Source of the DNA: a virus | IMG/VR virus record: IMGVR_UViG_3300045988_168563 | Location: 1-64,000 of that record | DNA: 64,000 nt | Strand: one strand, 5' to 3' | The notes under the pieces: generated by a model | What the model was told of the DNA's origin: nothing | The model's input: only the letters and a program-made list of their open reading frames with translations | Database searches by the model: none | Translations under genes and position numbers: made by a program | In this document: one piece after another, positions 18,006 to 26,290 of the stretch | How the letters are laid out: every line of letters starts with the position of its first letter | How positions within the stretch are numbered: position 1 is the stretch's first letter

Positions 18006-18266
18006 CTATAAGGACATGAGGAGAGCGAAGAGAATGCCCAGAGCGTCACAGGCAAGGTCCTTCTTGTCGAAGTAGCTGCCTCTCTTAGCATCCCAGACCT
18101 CCTTTGCCACCGAGATAGCCGCAGAGATGACGATAGCTACCCAGATACCTCCTAGGAGGCTCACAATCTTCGTCAGTGAGGCGATCGCTATAAAGTGAAG
18201 ACATCCATCCACCCCGATATTTTTAACGCACCACAGGGCGATTCTGTCTGTCAGTGACTGTCTCAT
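18006..18266 (-). CDS. small integral membrane protein
   Basis: ORF track; 2-3 predicted hydrophobic helices. Confidence 0.5.
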   Translation of the reverse strand: MRQSLTDRIALWCVKNIGVDGCLHFIAIASLTKIVSLLGGIWVAIVISAAISVAKEVWDAKRGSYFDKKDLACDALGILFALLMSL

Positions 18267-18559
18267 GCCTCTACTTGCTTGTAATTCTCCTTGAAGTGCT
18301 TCTCTGCTACACCCTTAGCCCAGTCAAGAGTCCATCTGCGTGCGTCCTCAATGAGATACTCTCCTCCATATAGAGGCCAACCATCAGCTTCTTTTACCGT
18401 GTGCTGCATGTAAAGATGCCCCTTAGCTCCGTAGATCTTGATAGTGTACTCAGCGATCTTCTCACCTTCCTCGTTGTCCACTGACGCGTAGTAGATCTCT
18501 ACACCCTCATCTGAGTAGCCGCGCCACTTCAGTTCTTTTGTTGATGTTGCTGTCTTCAT
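18263..18559 (-). CDS. hypothetical protein
   Basis: ORF track; 4-nt overlap with the downstream gene. Confidence 0.5.
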   Translation of the reverse strand: MKTATSTKELKWRGYSDEGVEIYYASVDNEEGEKIAEYTIKIYGAKGHLYMQHTVKEADGWPLYGGEYLIEDARRWTLDWAKGVAEKHFKENYKQVEA

Positions 18560-18572
18560 CTTGATGCTTGTG

Positions 18573-19022
18573 TTAGTTTTCGCTTATTGGTCCTAGGTGG
18601 ATGATATCAAATAAGTCTTCGACAAGAGTGGCTTCCTTTGCCTCCCATCTGAGAGTCTTGTCCTTCCTCAGCCATAAGGCTTTTGAGGAAGCCTGCATTG
18701 CCTCGAAGGCTGTTTTAGCTCTTACCATCTGGAATTTAGTGTCTAGTGGGATGCGATTCTCCTTGAGTGCTCTGACAATGTAGAATCGTTCTCCACCACC
18801 ATCTATGATCTTGTTGTCCACTAAGTCATAGATGACCTTTTTTACTTTAGGGTTAGGCCTATCGCCGTCGCAGAGGTGATACTGCTCTCTTACTGCTATG
18901 GCGATCACCCCATCCTTAACTATCTCGTCGGCTATGACTGCGTATATTCTGGGCTTTATCTCGATAGGCATGCTTACCGACGCTATGTATAGTTTATAGT
19001 CTTTACTCATTGCCTTCTTCAT
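18573..19022 (-). CDS. hypothetical protein
   Basis: ORF track. Confidence 0.5.
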   Translation of the reverse strand: MKKAMSKDYKLYIASVSMPIEIKPRIYAVIADEIVKDGVIAIAVREQYHLCDGDRPNPKVKKVIYDLVDNKIIDGGGERFYIVRALKENRIPLDTKFQMVRAKTAFEAMQASSKALWLRKDKTLRWEAKEATLVEDLFDIIHLGPISEN

Positions 19023-19323
19023 TTTCTTCTTGTAGGATCTGCTTTACCAGCATCTCCCGGTCCTTGTTGATCAATTCATGCAGTTCATTCTCATGTAAGG
19101 CAGTGCTTCCCACCCATGTCTTGATCATCTCCCCTATCACATTCTCCCCTGGCATCTCAATGGTTCTTATTAGATAGCCAGTCCAGAGTCCTCTATCTCG
19201 ATCGAGAGTTAATTGGTTCAGTACGTGGGTGTACTTGATCTTGGCGTTACCGAACTCAAATTCAGCTACTGCGATGTGGGATGGCATTTGCTGGTAGCCC
19301 TTCTTTATCTCTAGGTTTTCCAT
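19003..19323 (-). CDS. hypothetical protein
   Basis: ORF track. Confidence 0.5.
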   Translation of the reverse strand: MENLEIKKGYQQMPSHIAVAEFEFGNAKIKYTHVLNQLTLDRDRGLWTGYLIRTIEMPGENVIGEMIKTWVGSTALHENELHELINKDREMLVKQILQEENEEGNE

Positions 19324-19351
19324 CTTTACTTTGTCTTACGTCTTATACTAA

Positions 19352-19405
19352 AATAACCTCACCCTCCTCATTGAGTATTAGTCTCTGAGGAAGGATGAGG
19401 TTATT
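19352..19405 (-). terminator. long hairpin terminator after CDS 19422..19871
   Basis: aataacctca.cctcctca / tgaggaagg.tgaggttatt stem followed by TTTT on the minus strand. Confidence 0.6.
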
Positions 19406-19421
19406 TCTTCTATGATGTTTG

Positions 19422-19871
19422 TTATTCGCTCTTCATCTCGAGCATCTCATATCTCGTTGCTAAGACCTGATAGTATGTCTCCATAGCTTTGAGCTGGATG
19501 ATCAGGAGGCGATAATGCTCACTGTCTGGGTTTTCTCCATGGATATACTTCTTCAAGAGGAACATACGTCTGTAGAGCTGCTCCATCTCGATGAAGAGGC
19601 GTTGCTTGAATGTCCCAGATGGATTGTATGCCAGCTCAAATGGCTTCTGAGGAGACCAGGAGATATACCCATCAAAGCCCTCTACGTTCGACTTACTGTC
19701 ATTCTGGTACTCCACAAGGTAGCCCGCGTCGCTAGGATCCTCGTCTGCTGGCACCTGCCATCCGCGTAGGGCGTTATATTTCCCTCGTGTCATTGGGGTT
19801 GCCATGATGGTCTTAGTACCAGTGTACTGCTTTAAGCTCTGTTTGATGCTTGCAATCTCTTCTTTGTTCAT
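19422..19871 (-). CDS. hypothetical protein (conserved-looking N-domain PMTRGKYNALRGW...GYLVEY...ISWSPQKPFELAY)
   Basis: ORF track. The motif looks like a recurrent phage domain, but I cannot name the family with confidence. Confidence 0.5.
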   Translation of the reverse strand: MNKEEIASIKQSLKQYTGTKTIMATPMTRGKYNALRGWQVPADEDPSDAGYLVEYQNDSKSNVEGFDGYISWSPQKPFELAYNPSGTFKQRLFIEMEQLYRRMFLLKKYIHGENPDSEHYRLLIIQLKAMETYYQVLATRYEMLEMKSE

Positions 19872-19881
19872 ACGTTCTGTC

Positions 19882-20610
19882 TTATATGGTTATACTTGCC
19901 ACCATCACATCGTTATAGGTGAGACCAATGGTGGCGCTTTCGTAGTCATTGTTGTAGACATCGTAGTCCAATGGGATGAAGATAGACGGTCCGTTGTCTG
20001 GCGTTATCTTGACCCCTGAGTATCCTACCTGCACGATTGAGTCCTCGATGTTCTTTAGGTTGAGGTAGAACCTTAAACCCTTGAGGAAGGGTAGATCTTC
20101 CTTGATGCCACTAAAGTCAAAGTAGCCATCCTCTCTGTCTTCCTTGATCCCATATAGCTTACCATTCTCGTGCCTTAGGTTGATACCGCGATCATCGACT
20201 GACTCAATGTAGAGCGGTCCGAAGGCTGTCCGTTGGGGCTTAGGTAGCTTCTTGAGGAGATCGTTGTAGTGCTGATGTGCTTTGTTCGTCTCTTCTCTCT
20301 TCCTCATTCGCTCGTTGTACTCCTCCATCTTCTCTTTGTGGATAGATAGTACTTGCTCTTGTGCCTCATTGACTGTCTCTATCTGGTCCTTTAAGCTGAA
20401 TATGTCGTAGTTATCCTTGTAGTATTTGTTGAACCTGTCACTTATTGCAACCCTAATCATGTCAGGGATTAGGTAAAGGTACTGATTTACGATTTCAGAG
20501 TTGTGCTGATCCCTCCCATTAGCTTCTATATTCCTGATTATTAGGTTGTATAGGTCTTGTTCCCTAACCTCAAACTCCTGTTCCTTCGTTAGTAATACCT
20601 TGATTTTCAT
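19882..20610 (-). CDS. hypothetical protein
   Basis: ORF track. Confidence 0.5.
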   Translation of the reverse strand: MKIKVLLTKEQEFEVREQDLYNLIIRNIEANGRDQHNSEIVNQYLYLIPDMIRVAISDRFNKYYKDNYDIFSLKDQIETVNEAQEQVLSIHKEKMEEYNERMRKREETNKAHQHYNDLLKKLPKPQRTAFGPLYIESVDDRGINLRHENGKLYGIKEDREDGYFDFSGIKEDLPFLKGLRFYLNLKNIEDSIVQVGYSGVKITPDNGPSIFIPLDYDVYNNDYESATIGLTYNDVMVASITI

Positions 20611-20640
20611 TGCTGTTCTTACTTGTTGGTTATTTGCTTG

Positions 20641-21138
20641 CTACTCGTTTGTTCTTAGGTATAGCTCTTTTATGGTGCGTCCTGCAACGAGGAGCATGAC
20701 CCTGAACTCTATGGAATCAAAGCAAATCGGCTGCCTCTCTAGATTCATATAGAAACTGCCATCTTTCTTATAGAGACTAATCCTAGTCTTGAATGGTATT
20801 GTTAACACGTTACCATCATTTAGCCTCACCTTTACCACTTTCCTGTCTGGGCTTAACTTTATGCTTATCCTCTCCTCAAGGGCTGATAGGTCAAGGGCGT
20901 GTTGTTTGTCTTTTGATGTGAAATCTGACTCTTCTAGCCTGATTGAGTCAAACCCTGGATCGCAACAAGTGTCAGCTACCTGAAAGCATATAGCTGCGTT
21001 GATGCCATCTATATCTAGTCCTATGTAGTTCTGATCTGTACACTTGATGCTTGATGGGATAGCTGGTTTATCTGGGTTCTTGAACTTTGCCCTGACCTCT
21101 CCAATTATGCGTTCTTGTCGCTCTTTTCTACTTTCCAT
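20641..21138 (-). CDS. hypothetical protein
   Basis: ORF track. Confidence 0.5.
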   Translation of the reverse strand: MESRKERQERIIGEVRAKFKNPDKPAIPSSIKCTDQNYIGLDIDGINAAICFQVADTCCDPGFDSIRLEESDFTSKDKQHALDLSALEERISIKLSPDRKVVKVRLNDGNVLTIPFKTRISLYKKDGSFYMNLERQPICFDSIEFRVMLLVAGRTIKELYLRTNE

Positions 21139-21168
21139 TTTATTTGCTTGTTATTTGCTTATACTAAA

Positions 21169-21193
21169 ATAGCCGACCTCTATGGCCGGCTAT
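21169..21193 (-). terminator. hairpin terminator immediately 3' of the tRNA
   Basis: atagccg..cggctat stem followed by TTTTAG on the minus strand. Confidence 0.5.
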
Positions 21194-21194
21194 G

Positions 21195-21268
21195 TGGCTG
21201 GTGGGGGACTCCAACCCCCAACCTGAGGTTTAGGAAACCTCTGCTCTATGCTGTTGAGCTAACCAGCC
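21195..21268 (-). tRNA. tRNA-Arg (anticodon CCT, reads AGG)
   Basis: 74 nt: GGCTGGT-TA-GCTC-AACAGCATA-GAGC-A-GAGGT-TTCCTAA-ACCTC-AGGTT-GGGGG-TTGGAGT-CCCCC-ACCAGCC-A. All four stems are perfect. The D-loop lacks GG and the T-loop reads TTGGAGT, so the elbow is atypical. Confidence 0.8.
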
Positions 21269-21317
21269 TTGTGCGGGCCACCCCCATTATGGCTAAGAGG
21301 TAAGCCCGCGTCGTGTA

Positions 21318-21399
21318 ATCACTCAAATGGAACCAATGCAAAGATAGTGCGTTTAGCGATATGAGCAACACAGGTGCGCCCATCTTTGCTTTGAGTGAT
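21318..21399 (-). promoter_or_regulatory. 82-nt imperfect hairpin enclosing the tRNA promoter -7 box TATCTTTG (21339-21346)
   Basis: Outer stem 21318-21327/21390-21399 (10 bp) and inner stem 21338-21345/21382-21389 (8 bp). The inner stem contains the -7 box. The element begins 2 nt after the stop of 21401..21790. Confidence 0.45.
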
Positions 21400-21400
21400 C

Positions 21401-21790
21401 TTAGTCTACAAGGATTCTTTCACCTACGTCTGTCTTGACGTAGGTAGCTGAGTCGACTCGCTCCTCAACGATCCGACCATCATCCTTGCGGACTATGAGG
21501 TAATAGCGTGCTTCCTGACGCTGTAGGCTCTCTTCTGTTGTCTTAGCATCCCAGACGTATATATATCCTGATGGGATGTACATCTTATCCTCCACAAGAG
21601 CGCTTTTCTTGCGATTTGAAGTGGTAGTAAGGACGGGAATAGACACTACGAATACCAATGATGCTATTATGACGACTCCATAGATCCTCTTTTTCTTTTT
21701 CGGTGTCCAGGGGTCAAGGTATCCTGATGTAGCAATTCCAAAGGCTATTAAGGAGACTATGAATAGTGTGAAAATTAGTAGATCTCGCAT
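21401..21790 (-). CDS. membrane protein (2 TM) with C-terminal beta-rich domain; distant paralog of 23503..23844
   Basis: ORF track; hydrophobic helices LLIFTLFIVSLIAFGIA and VVIIASLVFVVSIPVL. Confidence 0.55.
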   Translation of the reverse strand: MRDLLIFTLFIVSLIAFGIATSGYLDPWTPKKKKRIYGVVIIASLVFVVSIPVLTTTSNRKKSALVEDKMYIPSGYIYVWDAKTTEESLQRQEARYYLIVRKDDGRIVEERVDSATYVKTDVGERILVD

Positions 21791-21799
21791 TGGTCTATA

Positions 21800-22353
21800 C
21801 TATTAGAACTTGATACTATTTCTAGTCTCAAGTAAAACTTATGGATACACCATCCCCTAGGCAATTTAATAGGTATTGAGGAAAGACATATAAGTAGAAG
21901 AACATATTATTCCTTTCCTCATTAAACGCGCGCGCGAGGCACGTTTTCGGGCGAACCCGAACCTAGTTAAACTGCGCATAGGGGGATGGCTTCTTAGCCC
22001 CGAGGGTGAGGTACCACTATGGTATCCATTCCTTAGCCTCTCGGACTGTCTCTCTTCCTCAGGCAACACGTACCCACGGTTGATCGACACGCTACTCTTT
22101 ATCTAATCAGGACCTGAGTAGTAGTATTAGCTCACTTTCGGTCGGTCCAGACCTAGACGCGGATCACTTTACCAGCCGGCCACCTATCCGTCAATTTTTT
22201 GTATCCCCTGGGTTACTACCCTGAGCTCCTGGTGGCTTTCATTCTCCTCACAGGACGTACGATGACACCGATGAATGAGGAGGGGAATCCCAGCTATCCA
22301 CCGCCCTTGGGATGCCATACACTTCTGTACCTCCTAGGCGGCTTCATTGCTGG
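21800..22353 (-). ncRNA. candidate large structured non-coding RNA or unusually long 5' leader (~550 nt, ORF-free)
   Basis: No credible ORF on either strand. An exact -7 box lies at 22361-22368 pointing into the region. Many local hairpins, including ttcggg-TTCG-cccgaa, and a (CG)5 run. Adjacent to the tRNA. Confidence 0.35.
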
Positions 22354-22360
22354 GCCACCA

Positions 22361-22368
22361 CAAAGGTA
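22361..22368 (-). promoter_or_regulatory. -7 box TACCTTTG driving the ORF-free region 21800-22353
   Basis: Exact match on the minus strand, 45 nt downstream of the stop of 22413..22673. Confidence 0.5.
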
Positions 22369-22412
22369 GGAAGAATATCTGGGACTTGAGGAAGAGAGAG
22401 TAGGTGATCCTG

Positions 22413-22673
22413 CTACCTGAATAAGTTTGCAATATCATCTACATACATCTCCCATGCTATCTTGGTAGCTCGGCCACCTGTCTTGATGTCTGCCTCAATG
22501 TTTGTCTCATCGCCATCTGGGGTAACAAAGTAGAGCGCGTATGTATCTTTGACCTTGTAGATCCTGAAGTCATACCAGAGTATTAGGGTTTTTGCATTCC
22601 AGATCCTGTTATCCTCTATATTTACTACCCACTCTAGCGGCTTGAGGAGGCGTTCAAGTTGTTTTCTTGTCAT
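22413..22673 (-). CDS. small LKPLEW-family protein (paralog 1 of 4 in tandem)
   Basis: MTRKQLERLLKPLEW... IKTGGRATKIAWEMYVDDIANLF; paralogous to the next three genes. Confidence 0.6.
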   Translation of the reverse strand: MTRKQLERLLKPLEWVVNIEDNRIWNAKTLILWYDFRIYKVKDTYALYFVTPDGDETNIEADIKTGGRATKIAWEMYVDDIANLFR

Positions 22674-22682
22674 TCCCTCTCC

Positions 22683-22940
22683 TCACTTAAACATACTCAT
22701 TACGTCATCTACATACTCCTCCCATGCAAGCTCATACCCTTCCTCAAGAGTCTTGATGTCGTCTCTCACTAGGTCTACCTCACCATTGATGTCTCTCTTG
22801 AGGAGATTGTACTGGCCCATCGACCACTCCAGTACGAAGTCGTACCATAGGTTTGTACCTGCTTCTTGATCTTCAGGGTAAGTAGCTCCTCCGTACCACT
22901 CTAGCGGCTTGAGCATTTTTGATAGTTGTTCTTCTGTCAT
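22683..22940 (-). CDS. small LKPLEW-family protein (paralog 2)
   Basis: MTEEQLSKMLKPLEW... IKTLEEGYELAWEEYVDDVMSMF. Confidence 0.6.
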   Translation of the reverse strand: MTEEQLSKMLKPLEWYGGATYPEDQEAGTNLWYDFVLEWSMGQYNLLKRDINGEVDLVRDDIKTLEEGYELAWEEYVDDVMSMFK

Positions 22941-22945
22941 AGTTG

Positions 22946-23212
22946 TTACTTGAATTGCTGTAGTATATAATTTACGTGGTCTTCCCAGGCTATGGCTTTG
23001 GCTTCCTCTATTGTCTTAATGTCGACTGCGATGCCAACGCTCCACCTCCTATCAAAGTCCTCGATAGCCACTGCGTACATACCATCTAGTTCGTATATGC
23101 TATACCAGGAGCACTGTATCCCATAGTGCGCATAGATATCTTCCTTATCTCCGATTTTTCTCCGGCTCCAATGCAACGGTTTAAGCTCCTGTTTTAGTTG
23201 TTCTCTTGTCAT
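22946..23212 (-). CDS. small LKPLEW-family protein (paralog 3)
   Basis: Start moved to ATG 23212 (MTREQLKQELKPLHW), which forms an ATGA overlap with the upstream stop and matches the paralog N-termini. Confidence 0.6.
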   Translation of the reverse strand: MTREQLKQELKPLHWSRRKIGDKEDIYAHYGIQCSWYSIYELDGMYAVAIEDFDRRWSVGIAVDIKTIEEAKAIAWEDHVNYILQQFK

Positions 23213-23490
23213 GGCTCTATTCTGAATAAGTCTTCTATTTCGTCTACGTAGTCTTTCCATGCGATAGCTTTGGCTTCCTCGATGGTTTTAACTCCGTTTG
23301 CTAGATCTATAACGTTGCGGCCTGAGTCCTCTTCTCTGTTTACGGTATATCCATTCTTGTCTCTGAATATCACATACCAATAGTTTAGAGATTCTGCTGG
23401 TGCCGCCATGTCTTCATCTCTATAGCCGTATCGTCCTATAGGTCGCCAATCTAATGGCAACAGCTCTTGTTCTAGATACTCTCTTGTCAT
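23209..23490 (-). CDS. small LKPLEW-family protein (paralog 4)
   Basis: MTREYLEQELLPLDW... VKTIEEAKAIAWKDYVDEIEDLF. Confidence 0.6.
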   Translation of the reverse strand: MTREYLEQELLPLDWRPIGRYGYRDEDMAAPAESLNYWYVIFRDKNGYTVNREEDSGRNVIDLANGVKTIEEAKAIAWKDYVDEIEDLFRIEP

Positions 23491-23502
23491 CTTGTTTTTT
23501 TG

Positions 23503-23844
23503 TCAGTATGTCTCGAACTTCATTGTGTCTCCTATCTTGGCCCTCATGTACCTGTCCTTGTCCACCTTTATCTCTTTGATCACACCGCTATTGAGCTTTA
23601 CCTTGAGATACCACTGGTCAGGCCTGTAGAAGAGCCATAAGTTATTTCCTGCTGGGTAGGCTCTCTTCTTGATGATCACTCCTTCTGAGTTTAGCTCGAG
23701 TTTTCTTGCTTCTCTTTCCTTGAACCAGTCTGTCTGAAGAAGGCAGAACGCGAAGACTATAAGTGCTATCATCGTCAGTGGCCATACATTGCCCCAGATT
23801 CTTTCCAGCTTTGTTGGCTCTGGAATTGGATCATAATGTCCCAT
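23503..23844 (-). CDS. single-pass membrane protein, distant paralog of 21401..21790
   Basis: TM helix WPLTMIALIVFAFCLL, then a beta-rich domain ending similarly (..VDKDRYMRAKIGD..). Confidence 0.5.
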   Translation of the reverse strand: MGHYDPIPEPTKLERIWGNVWPLTMIALIVFAFCLLQTDWFKEREARKLELNSEGVIIKKRAYPAGNNLWLFYRPDQWYLKVKLNSGVIKEIKVDKDRYMRAKIGDTMKFETY

Positions 23845-23884
23845 GTTGTCTTGTACTTTGAGTGTTGTCTTGTTTTATAATAAA

Positions 23885-23927
23885 CCCACCACCAGCTACT
23901 CTTTGCTTGTTTCTTGCTGGTGGTGGG
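23885..23927 (-). terminator. strong intrinsic terminator after CDS 23962..24324
   Basis: 12-bp stem cccaccaccagc/gctggtggtggg followed by TTTATTAT on the minus strand. Confidence 0.7.
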
Positions 23928-23961
23928 CTATTACACATATACTACTTAGTCGTAGAGAAGA

Positions 23962-24324
23962 CTAATTAGCGGTGGGGTTCTTATCTTTCTTCAGGTCTCT
24001 TGCGTCCATCATAACGCCTACACCTAGATTTTTGAGCTGAGCGTCGATGATGTCCAGCTGAATCTCCTCCAGCTTTACAGCCATTGAGGAAGAGAGCTTG
24101 GTGGACATAGCCAGCGCTGTGATGCCGGTCATTCCTTCTGAGAAGACTCTTGCCGTAGCTGCTGGATCTTCCTTGTTGATGACCGCCTGGTGCATCTTCA
24201 TGAAGAAGTCCATAGTTGCGTCAGCCAGCTCCTCTGCCTGCTTGGCTACTTCGATGAAGTTCTCTGTCTTTGTCTTGCTTGCTTCAAGCTCTTTGATGCG
24301 GAGCTCCTTTTCTTCTTGCGTCAT
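23962..24324 (-). CDS. hypothetical helical protein
   Basis: ORF track. Confidence 0.5.
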   Translation of the reverse strand: MTQEEKELRIKELEASKTKTENFIEVAKQAEELADATMDFFMKMHQAVINKEDPAATARVFSEGMTGITALAMSTKLSSSMAVKLEEIQLDIIDAQLKNLGVGVMMDARDLKKDKNPTAN

Positions 24325-24330
24325 TGCTTG

Positions 24331-24831
24331 TTAGTTAGATTGAGTTTCGACTGTGATCTTGATCTCCTTGCGACCAAGGATGAATCGGTCTACGATAGAG
24401 CCTTCAAGGAACGCTACGATAGGCGTATCCTTGATAGAGATGACTCTTTCCTCGTGATCTCCTTCCTCATAGTCCTTGATGAACGTCACTGCTAAGGAAT
24501 AGGCTGCGTGGAAGTCTTCTACGGAGAGGAAGAGCTTACGTGTAGTGCTCTTAGTCACCACGCCCATGTCGTTGATTGTGTCTACCTGGTAGGTTGCCAA
24601 GTAGAACTCCGGTGTCTGATGCTCCTGTAGTTTCTGCTGTTCAAGCTCAGCCTTGACGACCTTGAGAGAGTCGATCTTCAGGCTGTCGAGCTTGTAGTCT
24701 TGCTGATATGTCACCCACTTGATGACCAGTGCCTCGGCGAAGGCGTAGTTAGGTGCTTCTACGAGATAGGACTCGGACATCTTCTCGTCAAAGGTGGTCT
24801 CATAGGAGACCTTAGCTTGGAATAGCTTCAT
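24331..24831 (-). CDS. hypothetical protein
   Basis: ORF track. Confidence 0.5.
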   Translation of the reverse strand: MKLFQAKVSYETTFDEKMSESYLVEAPNYAFAEALVIKWVTYQQDYKLDSLKIDSLKVVKAELEQQKLQEHQTPEFYLATYQVDTINDMGVVTKSTTRKLFLSVEDFHAAYSLAVTFIKDYEEGDHEERVISIKDTPIVAFLEGSIVDRFILGRKEIKITVETQSN

Positions 24832-24919
24832 TTTAAGTTGTGATTAGAGTTATACTTTCCCATTGCTGGGGTTCATAAGTTCTGGAAGATTCTCTTTAGT
24901 TTATGAGAATTGAAGAGGA

Positions 24920-25135
24920 TTACTCATCTCTCTCTTCCTCAGGATTAAGTGTCTCAGAGATCCATAACAGCTCATCTTCGATTTGAGGAGAGCGATGTAT
25001 TCTCCTCTCCTTGTCTTCGGTGACATCGCCTTCTATGTTGATCATAGAGTGGACTACCTCGATGTTTGTCTCGAAGTAGTCCATTGTTGCACCTCGGATC
25101 TTATCGATCGTTATTGTTGCGATTCTTTTCGGCAT
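24920..25135 (-). CDS. hypothetical small protein
   Basis: ORF track. An alternative start at 25084 (MDYFETN) would remove the 35-nt overlap. Confidence 0.45.
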   Translation of the reverse strand: MPKRIATITIDKIRGATMDYFETNIEVVHSMINIEGDVTEDKERRIHRSPQIEDELLWISETLNPEEERDE

Positions 25136-25913
25136 AGGCTGTAATGTTCTTATTGACGTTGCATACTAGGGATACAATCCAAGCGGCCGCCTCATGGGCC
25201 GTCCTGAGTGCATCTGAGTCTAGTAGGTGAGCTGAGTACTTTGCAGCCTCCATCGTTTCAATGTCCATCTCTATGAGAGCCTGATAGGCAGCTGCAAACT
25301 CTCGCCCATAGGATATAGCCTTGATCTCTGCTTCGATTGCAGGTCCACCTACTGCGAGATGAATAGTGAACTTGGCAGATGTGCTAGCGTCGTCTCTTTT
25401 CCTCACAACAGTGAAGCCATTGTACATCAGAAGCGCTTGCATATAACTTATGGCAGACTTCTCTTCCTCTGCCCATATCTCATCTAGGCGGCTCTTCCCC
25501 CATTCTCCTCGCATCAGATCCTGTGGTAGCTCGAGAGGTTTGAGATCCGGTATCTGCTTTCTTGAGATCTTGATGCACTTAGCCTTCTCATCCTGGTAGA
25601 CATTGTACCATTTCTTGATGAAAGGGGTGACGATCATACTTATCTCAAGAGGTGAGAGCTTCTGCATGTCAAGCGTGCGACTCTTGTCTCTCCTAGCCTC
25701 AAACCCTGCATCAGTCCATATAGGCTCCTCTGAGAGCGTCAAAACGTATGGGTGGTTATACTGCTTCACATGGTCAAGGATCTCGCGCTGTATGGCTCCT
25801 ACGAGCCAATTACGGCAATCCCATACAGGTCTATTGCCTTCGTACTTCTTGATAGGCCATAGCTCCTCTACCATCGTGAACTCCCTGCACTCAGGAATTA
25901 AGTCTTCAATCAT
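25101..25913 (-). CDS. hypothetical protein
   Basis: ORF track. Confidence 0.5.
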   Translation of the reverse strand: MIEDLIPECREFTMVEELWPIKKYEGNRPVWDCRNWLVGAIQREILDHVKQYNHPYVLTLSEEPIWTDAGFEARRDKSRTLDMQKLSPLEISMIVTPFIKKWYNVYQDEKAKCIKISRKQIPDLKPLELPQDLMRGEWGKSRLDEIWAEEEKSAISYMQALLMYNGFTVVRKRDDASTSAKFTIHLAVGGPAIEAEIKAISYGREFAAAYQALIEMDIETMEAAKYSAHLLDSDALRTAHEAAAWIVSLVCNVNKNITAYAEKNRNNNDR

Positions 25914-25960
25914 AGCTTTATTCTTTATTGGTGGCCTGAGGAAAGGATAGTTGTCTCTCC

Positions 25961-26110
25961 TCAGGACCTGTTACTTCTTCTTCTCTCTGCCCTTGCTATC
26001 GCATAGATGAATGTGACGATAACAAAAGTTCTTACTTCTGTGGGGTATCCACTCGCCAGGATCAAATAGAGGCCCTGTATGAGGATATAAAATGACATTA
26101 GGTCTATCAT
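25961..26110 (-). CDS. small hydrophobic protein (49 aa), below the ORF-track cutoff
   Basis: ATG 26110: MIDLMSFYILIQGLYLILASGYPTEVRTFVIVTFIYAIARAERRRSNRS. It starts 1 nt after the upstream stop and has two hydrophobic segments. Confidence 0.4.
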   Translation of the reverse strand: MIDLMSFYILIQGLYLILASGYPTEVRTFVIVTFIYAIARAERRRSNRS

Positions 26111-26111
26111 A

Positions 26112-26285
26112 CTACTCGTATCGTTGGAGGCGCATACAGACGGCTACAGATAGGCACATGGCGGTCTGGGTGATGCCTGTGATCATGTCAGTCTCGAAGA
26201 ACACCACAGCGCTGAGCCCTGCGATGAAGGAGATGAGCACCATAGCGATGGAGCGTAGTAACTCATTACGGTTCTTTCTTGTCAT
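26112..26285 (-). CDS. small membrane protein (57 aa), below the ORF-track cutoff
   Basis: ATG 26285: MTRKNRNELLRSIAMVLISFIAGLSAVVFFETDMITGITQTAMCLSVAVCMRLQRYE. It fills an otherwise empty gap. The + ORF 26092..26313 is its antisense. Confidence 0.45.
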   Translation of the reverse strand: MTRKNRNELLRSIAMVLISFIAGLSAVVFFETDMITGITQTAMCLSVAVCMRLQRYE

Positions 26286-26290
26286 ATCTT

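Noticed and set aside
19422-19871. Naming the N-terminal domain as the N4 gp49 / Sf6 gp66 family
   Set aside because: On reflection, the motif I remember for that family (TVC.LTL.NGF) is not present, so the family name was withdrawn.
21866-22090. 74-aa minus-strand ORF inside the ORF-free region
   Set aside because: It has a GTG start, is Arg/Ser-rich with low complexity, and crosses obvious hairpins. It is treated as non-coding.
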